Of a DNA stretch of 64,000 bases, positions 34,396 through 46,722 are shown one piece after another (positions within the stretch are counted from its first letter, which is position 1; every line of letters begins with the position of its first letter). Position numbers and translations under genes: made by a program. Origin of the DNA: Rhynchopus sp. YZ270_cl-10 (taxonomy: Eukaryota); NCBI GenBank assembly GCA_964035575.1, contig OZ037837.1:1240001-1304000 (forward strand), in the 5' to 3' direction. Under the pieces are notes generated by a model. The model was given only the letters and a program-made list of their open reading frames with translations. It made no database searches and was not told where the DNA came from.

Positions 34396-35853
34396 ATGGA
34401 TACCCTGCGTCTGGTGATGAGTGAGATGGACGTCCTGCGCCAGTGCGCTGTCGACAAGACGCCTCCTCCACCTTCCTTCTCCACTGCTGTCTCCGCGCAG
34501 CTCAACGACGCCTACGACTTGGTTGTCAGGTCCGAGCACGCGCCTGACGACTCCCACGTGCGCTCCGTGGCCGCTTGTGTGGTGTGCGAGATAGTCGCTG
34601 CCAGGCCTGCGTCATCCCCCGCGCCCTCCATCGCTGCCATCCTGCGCATCACTGCTGTTGTGACTAAGTACAACCTGGTGCACCTCGCAGAGCTTCCGGC
34701 GGTCCTTCCTACCCCCGCTTCGTTGTCGACGGACGGCTTGCAGGACGGTGACATTGGCCTTGTCCTCGCGACCCTGGCTGCCATTGCCAAGACTGCCGCT
34801 GCCGCCCCTGCCACCACTACTAATGCTTCGTCCTCCTCCCGCGCCCCGCGGAAGACGATCAACATCGTCCAGCGACTGCGTGAACTGGGGTTGGAGAACC
34901 TGCCGGAGCTTCTTCTCCCCAGCCAGGACCTCGTGCGGGCCATCCAGCTCAAGCGCGAGGACGGGTGCAAGCTCCCCCTGCAGCTGGACCCCAAGGGTAA
35001 GATTTTGTTCCCCCCCAATGCCGCACACTCTGTTTCTTTCGTCCCTTCTTCTCTAGACTTGAACGAGCAAGTGGTAGATGCGGCGGGGCTCGCCTACACG
35101 GTTGAGGGGGTACGTGAGGCCAAGCAAGCACTCCTCCTTCAGACTTCGGCGAAGTTGAAGAATGAAGTCCTCCCCCCTCTGCTACACTCTCTTGTCCGCG
35201 CCAGGCACGCGATAGCCTTAATCGTCTGCGAGGCGGTGGCACCACGCGACTACCTACGTCTCCTCCTCCTAGTCACCTCCATTATGCCTATTGTAGCGAC
35301 ACATGCTATGCTCCAGAACCGGGGGACGCGGGCTTGGGTCTCCACCACCTACGAGTCGTGGATTTTCCAGCGAGTCCACGAGTCTTCGGCGGAGACCACC
35401 GTTTCTGATGCGCTCTCTCTTCTTCAGAAGCTAGACGTAGATAAGATTCGGCATCTCGACTTGTCCGGCTCCGGTATCGTCGAGAGCTCTGCTGGTGAGG
35501 AGTACTCAGGTGGTGGCTACACAGGTGGTGGCAACACAGGTGGTGGCAACACAGGTGGTGGCAACACAGGTAGTGGCAACACAGGTAGTGGCAACACAGG
35601 TAGTGGCAACACAGGTGGTGGGAACTCAGGTGGTGGGAGGTCAGGCCGTGCACGCCGTACCCGACCGGCCCCCTCCTATTCCCCGTACGAGCCGCCGCTC
35701 CAGCATCCTGCCCCGTATGCGCCGCCGGCTTTCGAGGTCATCAGGCCCTCCGACGCGAAGGGGCGGAAGGGGAGCAAAGGGGACAAAGGTGACAAAGGCA
35801 CGCCTAAGACCCAAGGGAGACATGCGAAGGGGAAGGGCAAACGCCAAGAATGA
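34396..35853 (+). CDS. Gag-like ORF1 of the YR retrotransposon
   Basis: First ORF of the element; GGGNT/GSGNT 15-nt repeats and basic KGRKGSKGDKGDKG tail; start could lie in the gap. Confidence 0.7.
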   Translation: MDTLRLVMSEMDVLRQCAVDKTPPPPSFSTAVSAQLNDAYDLVVRSEHAPDDSHVRSVAACVVCEIVAARPASSPAPSIAAILRITAVVTKYNLVHLAELPAVLPTPASLSTDGLQDGDIGLVLATLAAIAKTAAAAPATTTNASSSSRAPRKTINIVQRLRELGLENLPELLLPSQDLVRAIQLKREDGCKLPLQLDPKGKILFPPNAAHSVSFVPSSLDLNEQVVDAAGLAYTVEGVREAKQALLLQTSAKLKNEVLPPLLHSLVRARHAIALIVCEAVAPRDYLRLLLLVTSIMPIVATHAMLQNRGTRAWVSTTYESWIFQRVHESSAETTVSDALSLLQKLDVDKIRHLDLSGSGIVESSAGEEYSGGGYTGGGNTGGGNTGGGNTGSGNTGSGNTGSGNTGGGNSGGGRSGRARRTRPAPSYSPYEPPLQHPAPYAPPAFEVIRPSDAKGRKGSKGDKGDKGTPKTQGRHAKGKGKRQE

Positions 35854-38040
35854 CTGCCCCTCGCATCTCCTCTCCCTACACCCGCTTCCATTTACACGCC
35901 CCTCCCTCCGCCCGATAGCCTCCTGCATAAGGTCTGGCTCCGATCTGACGCACTCCTTCCCGAGCGCACTCCCGATCCCGATCTTGATGAACCCATCGCT
36001 ACTAATATCCCACCCCGCCTCTCACATACTTTCCTGAAGCAAAAAGGGCTCTACGCCACTGTAGAAGCCTCTTCCTTTGAAGACCACCTGAGATGCGTCT
36101 CTTCTCTCGTCATCGACCCGGTGACCCTCCCTGACCTTGATTCCGATTTGGTGGCGTGCTGTGCATCTTACGCATCGCGAACCGCGCCGCAGAACAGGGC
36201 TTTTCGGAAGGACCGGATCAGTTATTGGGAGTCCAGGGGTTCTTCTCTTCGCGCCAATATACCTCTCTTCAATTCCTACTTCGATCCCTCCCATCCCGCC
36301 AAGGACATTGCGATGCGGATAAACGTCCCTCTCGTCGAAGAGCTTCTCCTTGCGATGGGTGCCGCCGCTCCGGGGGTACAGAATGAGTTCGTCAAGCGTC
36401 TGGGCTTCGGCTTCCCTGTTGTTGATGACCTCTCTGAGGTGGGTGTCTTCGACCCTAAGCTCAGCCGCAGTACGAAGAAGGTTGTGATCTCGTCGAAGTC
36501 CCTTCTTGTCACCCATGAGGCTAGCGTACTTCATTCTCTGCGTCGGCGTTGCGTTGAAGATGGTGACCTTCACGAGATTAGCTCACAGCTTTCTGCGGAA
36601 GTCGACAAAGGCTGGCTGGAGGGTCCATACACTCCTGAGTCCCTCCCCGTCGACTCCTTCATCCCCATCCGTCGCTTCATCGTGGCGCAAGGACAGAAGC
36701 GACGTGGGTGCGATAATGCGCGACCGACGAACAAGGGCACACGCATCCACACACCTATTTCCCTGTGCGGAGTGGACAATGCTGTGGCCACGGCGCTGTG
36801 CTTGCAGTCGCATGGTGTCCCCAAGCTTGCTATGGCTGTTCTCGATCAGAGCGATGCCTACAAGTCGCTGATCGTTGACGCCACGCAACGCCGCTACGCT
36901 GTGATTGTCGCGGTGGACCCCGTCTCACTCCAATTGCAGTGTTTTCTGAGCAACGTCCTCTGCTTTGGGACTGAGAGCGCGGTTCTGGACTACAACGTGC
37001 TCTCACGCTTCGTGGTTTGCACCGCTCGCAGACAGTTGGGCATCCCTACATCAGGATATTTCGATGATTTCCTCCTAATGGGCAGCGAGGACGACGCTGA
37101 GTCGATGGCGGACGACTTCCAACACCTCTTCTCGAACGTCATCGGCCTTGTCTTCAGGGACGCCAAAAAGCGTGTAGGTTCGTTGTTGAAGTACCTAGGC
37201 GTCTGTATTGACTTGTCGGCCCCCCCCCTGATTACCTGTCGCATAGCTGATGACCGACAGTGCTCCCTGATTGCGAAGATTGAGTCCATCCTGTCCGCCA
37301 ATTCCCTCTCCTCCACCGATGCTGCAAAACTGCTAGGTCAACTATCGTTTGTCCAGCAGAATATGTGTGGTGCCGTGGGTAGAGCATATCTTCACCCTTT
37401 GTATTCGAGACAGTACTCTAAGTCTCACTTTTTAGTTCTTGGAGCCCGCCTGGAGGGGGCTCTTGTGTGGTGGTTACACGCGCTCAAGCGCTCTACGTTT
37501 TTCAGAATAATTGACCCTCGTTTTATTTCCTCTCCATGTTCACCCCTTTGTGTTTACACGGATGCCTCCTTGGGCTTGTTGGGTGTTTGTATTTTGTACA
37601 AGCAATACCGTTACTATGGCGGCTGCTTGTCAGCCCTGACACATCGAGAGGAGGCGAACATCCAATTATACGAAACGGAGGCCGTACTCTCGGCACAATG
37701 TTTCTGTAACCATTTCTTCTCCTCCCTTTTCCCCTCCCTCGACCTCCCTTACCAGCAAATTCCCCAAGTGTTTTTCGTTGATAATGAGTGTGCTCAAGTG
37801 ACCCTTGTAAAAGGGTACGCTAAACGCATTGTTATTAATGCTATGGTCCGATCCTTCTGGTCTGAGTCGGTCTCATCTGGGGCCTCTCGTGTGTGGCTGG
37901 AGAGGGTTGCTTCTGCAGCTAACATTGCGGATATGCCGTCGCGAAGTCTGGGTCGCATTCAGTGGCTAGAGGAACGTGGCTTCCGTTACCTTAAGAACTT
38001 TGAGAGCGTTTTCGCTTCGAGAGAGTTCCACGAATGGTAA
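35854..38040 (+). CDS. Reverse transcriptase - RNase H (pol), in frame with gag
   Basis: KRRGCDN, LDQSDAY, LCFG, GYFDDF, KYLG; RNase H VYTDAS, LYETE, FVDN, NIADMPSR; frame is open from the gag TGA onward. Confidence 0.93.
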   Translation: MPLASPLPTPASIYTPLPPPDSLLHKVWLRSDALLPERTPDPDLDEPIATNIPPRLSHTFLKQKGLYATVEASSFEDHLRCVSSLVIDPVTLPDLDSDLVACCASYASRTAPQNRAFRKDRISYWESRGSSLRANIPLFNSYFDPSHPAKDIAMRINVPLVEELLLAMGAAAPGVQNEFVKRLGFGFPVVDDLSEVGVFDPKLSRSTKKVVISSKSLLVTHEASVLHSLRRRCVEDGDLHEISSQLSAEVDKGWLEGPYTPESLPVDSFIPIRRFIVAQGQKRRGCDNARPTNKGTRIHTPISLCGVDNAVATALCLQSHGVPKLAMAVLDQSDAYKSLIVDATQRRYAVIVAVDPVSLQLQCFLSNVLCFGTESAVLDYNVLSRFVVCTARRQLGIPTSGYFDDFLLMGSEDDAESMADDFQHLFSNVIGLVFRDAKKRVGSLLKYLGVCIDLSAPPLITCRIADDRQCSLIAKIESILSANSLSSTDAAKLLGQLSFVQQNMCGAVGRAYLHPLYSRQYSKSHFLVLGARLEGALVWWLHALKRSTFFRIIDPRFISSPCSPLCVYTDASLGLLGVCILYKQYRYYGGCLSALTHREEANIQLYETEAVLSAQCFCNHFFSSLFPSLDLPYQQIPQVFFVDNECAQVTLVKGYAKRIVINAMVRSFWSESVSSGASRVWLERVASAANIADMPSRSLGRIQWLEERGFRYLKNFESVFASREFHEW

Positions 38041-38616
38041 TTCTCCTTCGGACCCACCCCCTTCCCTCCCTTTTGTGTTTCTCCCCTGTCCTATCTACAG
38101 TATATAAAAAAAAAAAAAAAAAAAGCGGCTCACCCTTGCTCACCTGTTCTACCCTCTCATCATTCCTTGGCATCATAGCTATGTCGTTATCGCTCTTCCT
38201 CCTTCTCGATCAACTCCTTGCCTGCGTTGGGATATGAAAGCCAGAGATCTGCGTTGGGGATTTCATTATCTCTGAAGCTTTCTGGATTTCTCAAATTATC
38301 GTAGCAGTTCAGATCTCGAATTTCATCTAAAGAAAGAATTTTAGACGAGATCAAAACTCGCACGATTTTTCCCATCGCAGTTGAGCGATTCAGTAAGCTC
38401 AATCAAACAAAGGTTAAAGAGTTTGGCGTTACGAAAACAAAAGAAGGATTATATTTTGTGCAACCAAATATCAGCCTTTTTGTTTTCGGCTAGCCAACTC
38501 TGCAACCGCTTAACGAAATCATACGGTATGATTTCCATGCGATACAAATCGTTAACATGACACTTTAAAGAATTTATAATTTCTCCCGCCCACCCACTCC
38601 AGAGTTTGCATACACG

Positions 38617-39780
38617 ATGAACTCCGCTAACCTAATCCTTTCGAACATCACGGCGGATCAAGTGGTTACGCGCTTGACAAACGACTTGTGCAACAGTGAC
38701 GCTCGGAGGCGTGAACCCCGGTTAAGCCTCAAGCGTAAGATCGAGGAGATGTGTGCAGGTAGCGTTTCTGATGCTAGAGCTGCGGCTCAGGATGCAGCCC
38801 AACGCCTCATTATCTTCTCGATCTCCCCGGCGTCGTGGTATACCTACTTCACGGCGATACGTGCATGGGGATCATATGCAACAGCACTAGACATCCCTCA
38901 CTTCCCCATTAATCCCGTGGACTTCAGTGGTTTTATCGCCATCCACAAGTGCAAGGCGTACGCTGAGACGAACATCAGTGCACTCCAGAAGGTACACCGC
39001 TACTTGGGTAGTGACTGCAATCTACGGACTGCTGTGGTGTCTGAAACCCTCAGAGGTCTCGCGTCACTGAAGGAGCGCTCTGGCCAGAAGGACCCGATCT
39101 GCTCTCCTCTTCTTGACAAGATGGTCTTGTGCCCAGCCATGCTGTCCCATATAACACGGCAACATTTCCAGTTCCTGTGTGTACTATGTTACGTCTTCCT
39201 CCTCAGGTGCCGAAACGAAGCCATTGACCTCCGAAGAGGTGCGCTCGATGACGCCCCCCACACTGCGCTCAAACGGATCAGGGACTCCCAGACCCACAGT
39301 TCTGTTTTCTGTTTTCAAGGCCAACTTTTCATTGTACTGGCTAAGAGAAAGAACATCAGCACCGGTGAGGTACTGTCACGTGGGTGTACGTGTGCCGGAG
39401 TCGAACAAGCGGGTTGGAGGAAGACCTGTCCGGTCCACATCATCTGGCCCTACATTCGTGATACGGTATCCTGTGGTGAGAAGATTTTCTCGTGCTCCTA
39501 TGTCCACTTTCTTAAGGATGTTAAGAGCAAGGCTTCTGCCCACGAGGATCCCTCCCCAGCCGGTTACGGTACGCACAGCTTTCGTAGAGGCGCAGCCCAA
39601 GATGTGTCCATTGCTAACCCAAATTTAGCGATACTCCTAAAAGCGGGGAGTTGGAACTCTCGATCGTTCAAGGACTACATCTGTTGGAACAAACTGGGAC
39701 AGAGGGCTATGACGGACATCGTCCAGGATCCTAACCTCCACCCTGGCCTGGACAGTAGTGACAGTGAGAGTGAATACTAG
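38617..39780 (+). CDS. Tyrosine recombinase
   Basis: FLLRCRNEA (R), KRKN (K), CPVH, THSFRRGAA (HxxR), GSW, FKDY (Y). Confidence 0.95.
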   Translation: MNSANLILSNITADQVVTRLTNDLCNSDARRREPRLSLKRKIEEMCAGSVSDARAAAQDAAQRLIIFSISPASWYTYFTAIRAWGSYATALDIPHFPINPVDFSGFIAIHKCKAYAETNISALQKVHRYLGSDCNLRTAVVSETLRGLASLKERSGQKDPICSPLLDKMVLCPAMLSHITRQHFQFLCVLCYVFLLRCRNEAIDLRRGALDDAPHTALKRIRDSQTHSSVFCFQGQLFIVLAKRKNISTGEVLSRGCTCAGVEQAGWRKTCPVHIIWPYIRDTVSCGEKIFSCSYVHFLKDVKSKASAHEDPSPAGYGTHSFRRGAAQDVSIANPNLAILLKAGSWNSRSFKDYICWNKLGQRAMTDIVQDPNLHPGLDSSDSESEY

Positions 39781-40084
39781 GTTTACTGTCCATTATACAT
39801 CAATATGTCAGAGTGATCATTTTGTCAGACTCTTTTACCAACTATGTTATTTCTCTTTGGCTTTTTTTCGCGCCCCACCCTGGGGATTTCATTATCTCTG
39901 AAGCTTTCTGGATTTCTCAAATTATCGTAGCAGTTCAGATCTCGAATTTCATCTAAAGAAAGAATTTTAGACGAGATCAAAACTCGCACGATTTTTCCCA
40001 TCGCAGTTGAGCGATTCAGTAAGCTCAATCAAACAAAGGTTAAAGAGTTTGGCGTTACGAAAACAAAAAAAAAAAAAAAAAAAA

Positions 40085-41665
40085 GACAGGCAAAAAATCA
40101 CGCAAATTTACTGTGATTGTTTTCCGCTCAAAGAGCTGCATTTCCGAGTCAATCCCGGTTTGTGGTGGAGGAAAAACGGAAAAAACAGACAAAATTTCAG
40201 TGACTTAAACAGCCACTATGTGACCTGCAAGAGTTCACCTGGAATTGGCGTGAAATGCACCTGGCATTTCGTGACAAAATCTGAGAAACTTGGAATGAAA
40301 GCTCTTTCTCGATCCATTGTGTGGTGGTGCATGGCCGCTCCTGGTTGGTGGAGTGATTTTGTCTGGTTGATTCCGTTAACGAACGAGCTCACCTGGACCT
40401 CTATCACATGATCCCGATAGGATCCATTGCTTAATTTTTTAGCGGATTTTGGGGGTTCATTTCGGGCGTTCTCAAATGACCCTTTTTTTGTTTGTGTTTT
40501 TGTGTTTTTTTTGTAAGTTTGGGCTTAGGTTCAGCTTACACTTTGTTTAGTGGCAAGGTGACGAAAGCACAGAGAGTCTTGGGTTCATCTTGTAAACCAG
40601 GCTTCGCGCTAACTTTTGGAAAAAAATCTGAAAAATCGTCTTTCGGGACCAAAAAAACGCACCTCAAATAGTTGTGCGTCAGGGGGTGAAAAAACAGTGT
40701 TTTGTGGCATTTCCGAGCCAATCCCGCGTTGTGGTGGGGCATATTCGGGAAAATGGACAAAATTTTAGTGACTTAAATTTTCACAAAATGTGAACCCATA
40801 CTCTTAAACAAGGGGCATTTTCAGGTCTGAAAACCCAAATTCAGATGGAATTGTGGTGTTTTGACTGGGAACAGGTAGCGCCGCAGGCGCACGGTACCCA
40901 ACTTTTGTCTTTTTATTTTTCCCTTTTTTCTGCTTTCTTTTGATTGCACGAGCCGATTGCTCTCCACGGTGGGGTCACATGTGTGCGCAAAAACACTCTA
41001 AAGTACTCTGAACGATGAGATTCCTCTGGTTTTAGTAAGGAAACCCCTGTTTGCAAAAAGTGCGTAAATTTCCTGTGGCTTTCTCCCGCCAAGAGGTCGT
41101 TTTGTTGCATTTCCGAACCAATCCCGGATTGTGGTGGGGGATGTACGGAAAAATGGACAAAAATGCAGCGACTTAAAATTTGACAAAACATGAGCCCATA
41201 CTCGTAAACAAGGGTTATTTTCAGGTCTGAAAACCCAACGTACTGAAGAAGCTATCGGTAACGTAGTGATGGCGGTGGGGTTTCAGTGACCACAGAGAAG
41301 AGTGAGAAAACCCAGGACGGTTATGGCCTCGGAGGGGGTGTGCCCCATGGCGTCCTAATCAATCTTTATCCGTGAGGGAGGGGGGATCATCCTCAGGGGG
41401 GATGTGGAGTCGTACTCAAAATAAAATGAACTGTACATAAGTACATCGTGTTTAAACATAAAGGAGGGTAGGAACAGGTAGCGCCGCAGGCGCACGGTAC
41501 CCAACTTTTTTCTTTTTTTCTTTTCCCTCTTCTCTGCTTTCTTTTGATCGCGCGAGCCGATTGCTCTCCACGGTGGGGTCACATGTGTGTGTGAAAACAC
41601 TCTAAAGTACCCTTACTATGAAATATGAGATTCTCTGGTTTTCTTAAGGAAACCCCGGTTTGCAA
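40085..41665. repeat. Diverged tandem-like duplications of a repeat module
   Basis: GCATTTCCGA..CAATCCCG..TTGTGGTGG..GGAAAA..GACAAAA at ~40138, 40707, 41107; GGAACAGGTAGCGCCGCAGGCGCACGGTACCCAAC plus ~150 bp at ~40868 and 41471. Confidence 0.8.
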
Positions 41666-41736
41666 AAAAAAAACGCACCACAAAAATATCCAAAAATCCC
41701 GGGACAAAGGACAGAAGTTAGCGCAAAGCCTGTTGT

Positions 41737-41774
<38 letters not shown>

Positions 41775-42391
41775 CCCCCCTTTTTTTTAAATGCAGTGTT
41801 ATCGCTGATATTCTGAGAGTCATTTCTGCACTTCCAACACCCTCCCCTCTCCCCTCTCCTCCCAAACGAAAAGCAGTACTGTTCTTAAAAAAAGATATGA
41901 CTGCTGAGAGACATGACGCGGGTCCTTTTTTGGCCCTTTTTTTAAAAAAAGCCCCTTCTTTCAAATACTTTTGAAATGAAAGATATAACAGGAGCTATTC
42001 TCCACCTAGTCACAGGAAAATATCTTTATCCACAGAAAATTTGTTTTCAGGTGACTCAACGGGGCTGAAGTTATGGGCCTTTTTTTTATTTTATTTTGAT
42101 AAATTGTTGGCTTAGGTGAGAGCCGGGTGAAATATTTTTGTTTCCACAACGACTAAGTCAGGGAAATAGCTTGGGTTTTCCCCAAAATATTTATCAAATT
42201 TTTTTCTCTCTCTCTCTCTCTCTCTTCAGGCCCAAAATACTAAGTACTCGGGATATTTTTTCAAAAAAAATAAGAAAGATACTTTGATTGTACTTCAAGT
42301 ACTTTGGGCATCCGTGTCCCTCTTTTCTTTTCTTTTCTTTTTCCCCTTACACCCCAATTTTTTTTAAAGGGTTCCTCAACACCATCTGATA

Positions 42392-42522
42392 CCGTAAAAA
42401 TATTTATTCTGGGCTGTAACTATTCTGAGACAGAAGTATACTGGACCGGAACAAAACTGGAACACTTGGGGTTTTTGGGGGTGTCCCAGTTTTGTTCCGG
42501 CCCAGAATAAATATTTTTACGG
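42392..42522. mobile_element. 131-bp MITE, TA-flanked
   Basis: 23-bp TIR CCGTAAAAATATTTATTCTGGGC; TA on both sides. Confidence 0.88.
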
Positions 42523-45500
42523 TAGGTGAGAGATAAGTGTGCGTGGAAGCGTTGAACGCATCAAACAACTTCAAGAAGGGGAGGATGAGGGAACGACAAA
42601 TGACACGTTTTTCTCTTTTTTTTTTGAAAAATATTTTTTCATGATGTGATACATCGTATACACGACATATCCATCGTTAAAACCCTTCAAATGTTCTTTA
42701 AGATATGTCTGTGCACGAGAGGCCCATTCATCTTACAGCTCTTTGCTATTTTTTTTGTTTGGGCGATTCACGCCAGAGAGAGATTCCCGATCCGTCCATC
42801 CAAAAAAAATTTTTTTTGCGAGGCTTAGAACCTACCACACCCTTTTTTTTTTGGTACACTGTCACAGGGCTTTGTATTTCAAGTCAATTTTTTTTTTTTT
42901 AAACCCATACCATATTCATTCCCCCATTCTCCCTCTCCATTTCTTTGCTGGAGAAAGGGCCAGCCAAAAAGGCCTCCCTTCTCTAGCATGTGCTGTTCGT
43001 TGGGGGTGTGCAGAGCAGCTCCCCCCCCCCCCACCCCCTTTTTAGAGATGGTGTGCGATGCGAGGCATATTCGTCGTCAAGCAGACCTGACGCTAAACAG
43101 TTACGAAAATCGCACTTTTTGGGCTTGGAATTCGGGTTTTTTTACGGGTTTTTTTACACGGGAAAAAGGTACATTTTTCGACCCTGGCCCATGTCTGGTG
43201 GTGAAAATCATAATTTTTTTGCCCACATGATACGTTTCGAACACACTTATCGCTAAATATGCCGTTTTCCCCGAAAATTTTGAGAACCCCACGTCCAATT
43301 TCTTTCGTTTTTGGTGCTCCGGGAGGGGTCGATATTGACAGGTCGCTGACAGGTCGCTGACACAGGGACTCTATACACACACCCCCTGATATTGACAGGT
43401 CGTTGACCGACTTCCGAAAGCACCAGTTTTGGAGAAAAAAAAATTCGCGCTGCGCGCGAAAAAGGTCCTCAGAAGCTCAATTCCGAAAGCAAATACGGGG
43501 AGCGAAGTCTTCCAACTCCTCCGCCATCAGCAGGAACACCTCCGTTTTCTCTTGAACCTGTTACGCTTGTGCTGAGAAACAAGGCAACAGCGTGTTCAAG
43601 AATATTCCCCATCTTTCCGTTGTTAAACTCGGTGCCTGTTCATGAAGAACCATCAGCTTCTCAATAGTGCTGTGAGAAAGGCGGTGGCGTCTCTTTGCGT
43701 AGATGTAGTCAGGAGAGAGAATCCTTGTTCAACAGCAACCAAAGACGGGGAGTGCACTACCGGTGCGGCCTACAAAACCCGTGCGAGAGTGTCCCCATTT
43801 TCCAAGAAAACTTCGAAAAAACCGCGTTCTGGCGAAGCCACGGTACGCCACATTTCAAAATTGCGCTTAAAATTGCACTTTTTTCGCAGCCAAACTATGT
43901 CATAAGAAGGGTGTAATGCAAGCTTGCGCCGCAGGCGCACGGTACGCTACTTTTTTCTTTGGCCATATCCTTCTTTCTCACTCCTTATTGGGTTCGACGT
44001 GCTCCGTCCGTCAAATGGTGGGGTCACAACATGCAGCAAAGTTTGCAACTACGCAAACTGCCCCCACGTTCACTTTGTACTTTTCCTTCAGAAGACAAGT
44101 GCCATCGGGAACATACGGAACTGAATTTTTTTTTTGCGAAGCAAAAAAAAATAATATAAAATGGCGCCGCAGGCGAAAAAAATTAGGGTACGGTGTAAAA
44201 ATATAGCTATTTACACCACAGAGCAGTCACTCAACGAACCCTTTTTGCGGAGCAAAAAATGAAAAATGGCGCCGCAGGCAAAAAAAAAAATTGAAGGTAC
44301 AGCCTCCCGGGTCAACCCTACAGAATTTTCCCGTAAAAAAAAAAAGACTCCTCAAAATTTCCCGGAAAAAAAAAGGATTTCCCACGTAAAATTTCCCGTA
44401 AAAAAAACGACCTCTCAAGGATTTTGGAATTCCACTACGCGGTTTAGCAACATCCCTGTCGTCAAGCCTTTTTTTTTTTTTTTTTTCCCCCTTTTTTTTT
44501 CTTTTTCTTTTCATCCCCCCCCCGCTAAGGCCTTTGCACTTTCGAACACCCCCTCTTCCAGCTCCCCTTTTATCCATTCCTTTCTTTGTGAACAGCAAGG
44601 ATACGAACATTTTTTTCTTTTCTTTTCCCCCCCCAAGGTCTGTCAAAACAAAAACATTTTCAAACCCCCCTGGTGAAAATATAACTGGAATAACGCGTTA
44701 CAATTTTTTTTTACATTTTTTTTTACAACAAAGTGATCCGAGGCAGTGCCAGCCTAGGGTAATCGTTAAAAACGGGCAGTTTTTTTTTTAATTATGTCAT
44801 AGATTTCCTCTAAAAAGCTACGCTCCGTCTGTCTTGCTTGTCGACGCTTAAGTCACAAGGTATTGGTGATTATTGTGGCTTTTTCTTGGAGCTTTGCGTA
44901 ACACTCACCCGTTTTTTTTTTGTTTGACATTTCCCAACCATCACAACAGGATCCAACACACGAGGTTACCCACTCAGAGGCCGGAAGAAGAAAAGCCTCC
45001 ACCTTTTTGGAACCTCAGTCAGAGCACTGCAAATTTACCCCCTTTCCCCCCCTCGTTTTTCCCTCTCCTTTTTTTTCGTGCTGTTCCGCTTTTCAAAAGG
45101 GGTTTTCATTTTTTTTTGTACCCTAATTTAGTAAAAGAAAAACAACACGCTCTTCATCATTTGTTTGGTGTCTTTTGACCGTTTCAGAAAATTATCAAAA
45201 AAAATTTTTTTAAAAAAAAAAACTATCAGTCAGACAGACCAGAGTTTCTATGTCTCTGCCACAGCTGTTTGTTAGTAATTCCTAGCCCTTTTCTGGATAT
45301 ACTTGCCTTCCCTGGGCACCTTATATGGGCAGGTTATTTGAAGGCCTCTCCATATTTATGTTCTATTATACGTGCTCGGCCCCGACCAAATACCCGTATT
45401 AGTCGTATTAAACGGTATTATACAGAAATATACAGTATTATACGGTGCTGCTGGGGGGACCGAATACTGTATAATTCGTAAAATTAATTATGCGAATTAT

Positions 45501-46722
45501 TCGAATTTTAGAACTTAGCTCCATATAGGGGGAGGGCAAGTATGTCTAGTCAAGAGAGAGCACAGCTCTTGTTAGAAGGGAATTTTTTTTCTCGTCTAAA
45601 CAAAACCAAAAATGATGACATTTCTGTCCGGAGTTACCTGTTTGTGGGGCCCGTACAAAAAATAATAATAAAAACCGTAGTACAAAAGGCTTCGGCCAAC
45701 ATTGAGTACAGACCTGAGTTCTCCCATCTGGTTGGGATAACTCGATGATTTTGTCGACACAACAAAAAAAAAAATCTACATCCCAAAAAAAATATTGAAA
45801 CGCCGCGCTTCCCCTTTCCTGATACGACAGCGCGCCTGATTATTATGCCCCCTTTTTGTTTTTTTAAATTTTTTGTTTTTTTTTGACGCCATTTCCAATA
45901 TATTTTTTTTCCTAGGATCAATTTACCAAACCCCCCCTTTGAGGTGACTAAACTCGCGGGGAAAATGAAGCAAAGATAACAACGAACAAAAGAAAAAAAT
46001 GCACGATTTTTCAACAATCATCGCTGACCTATTTTGTGTTCTTTTTTTTTTCTTCTACTTGGTGACTTTCCTCGCTTCTTTGTGCTGTGGTAGCTCCACG
46101 AGGAAAGCCAGATGTCCATGATATCTGTGCCGTTTCTTTCCTTTTTGGGAGTGGCTTGCCATTACGTTGACCTAACCATTTTCCCACTACGGCCTTTCCA
46201 CTATATGGGGAAGCCGTCCCAGCACCTTTCACCCTCGCATAGACGTTCATAGAGTTTTAAGAAGGAAGTTGCCACAAAAAGGGTCCCCCCCCCCCCCGCG
46301 GATGCAATTTTAACGTCCAGACCAGGGCGTGGTAGTTGCTGGCGTATGTCGTGGGTAGCGTACCAACTAAACAAAAGGAAAGGGATTTTTATTATTTTTG
46401 TTTTTCGTTGTCCGCAGCCATTTAGAAAGCCATTTTAGAAAAAAAAAAAGCTGTCAACGAGAAAACCTAGCACCTATGGTTCCCGTACCCTGATGTTTAG
46501 TATAAAAGGCACCCAGTTGGATCACAATACCCAGCTAGCCCACACAGAACAACATGAGTCCTCCACGGCTAGTAGGGTAAAGTAAAATAAAAATATAAAA
46601 AAAAAGTGAACACCGATAGTAATGTGGGACCGAACAAGGCCTCATCGTACATTTGGCGTTCTTTTGACGGCATCTCGAAAAAGAGCAGGGAAAAGAGATT
46701 TTTTTTTTTTTTAAATTGTTAC

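Larger units (their letters stand above)
32980..40064 (+). mobile_element. Tyrosine-recombinase retrotransposon (DIRS order, Ngaro/PAT-like split direct repeats)
   Basis: A1 32980-33122 = A2 38443-38585 (143 bp); B1 38255-38438 = B2 39881-40064 (184 bp); gag-like, RT-RNase H and YR ORFs; both ends abut A tracts. Confidence 0.95.
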
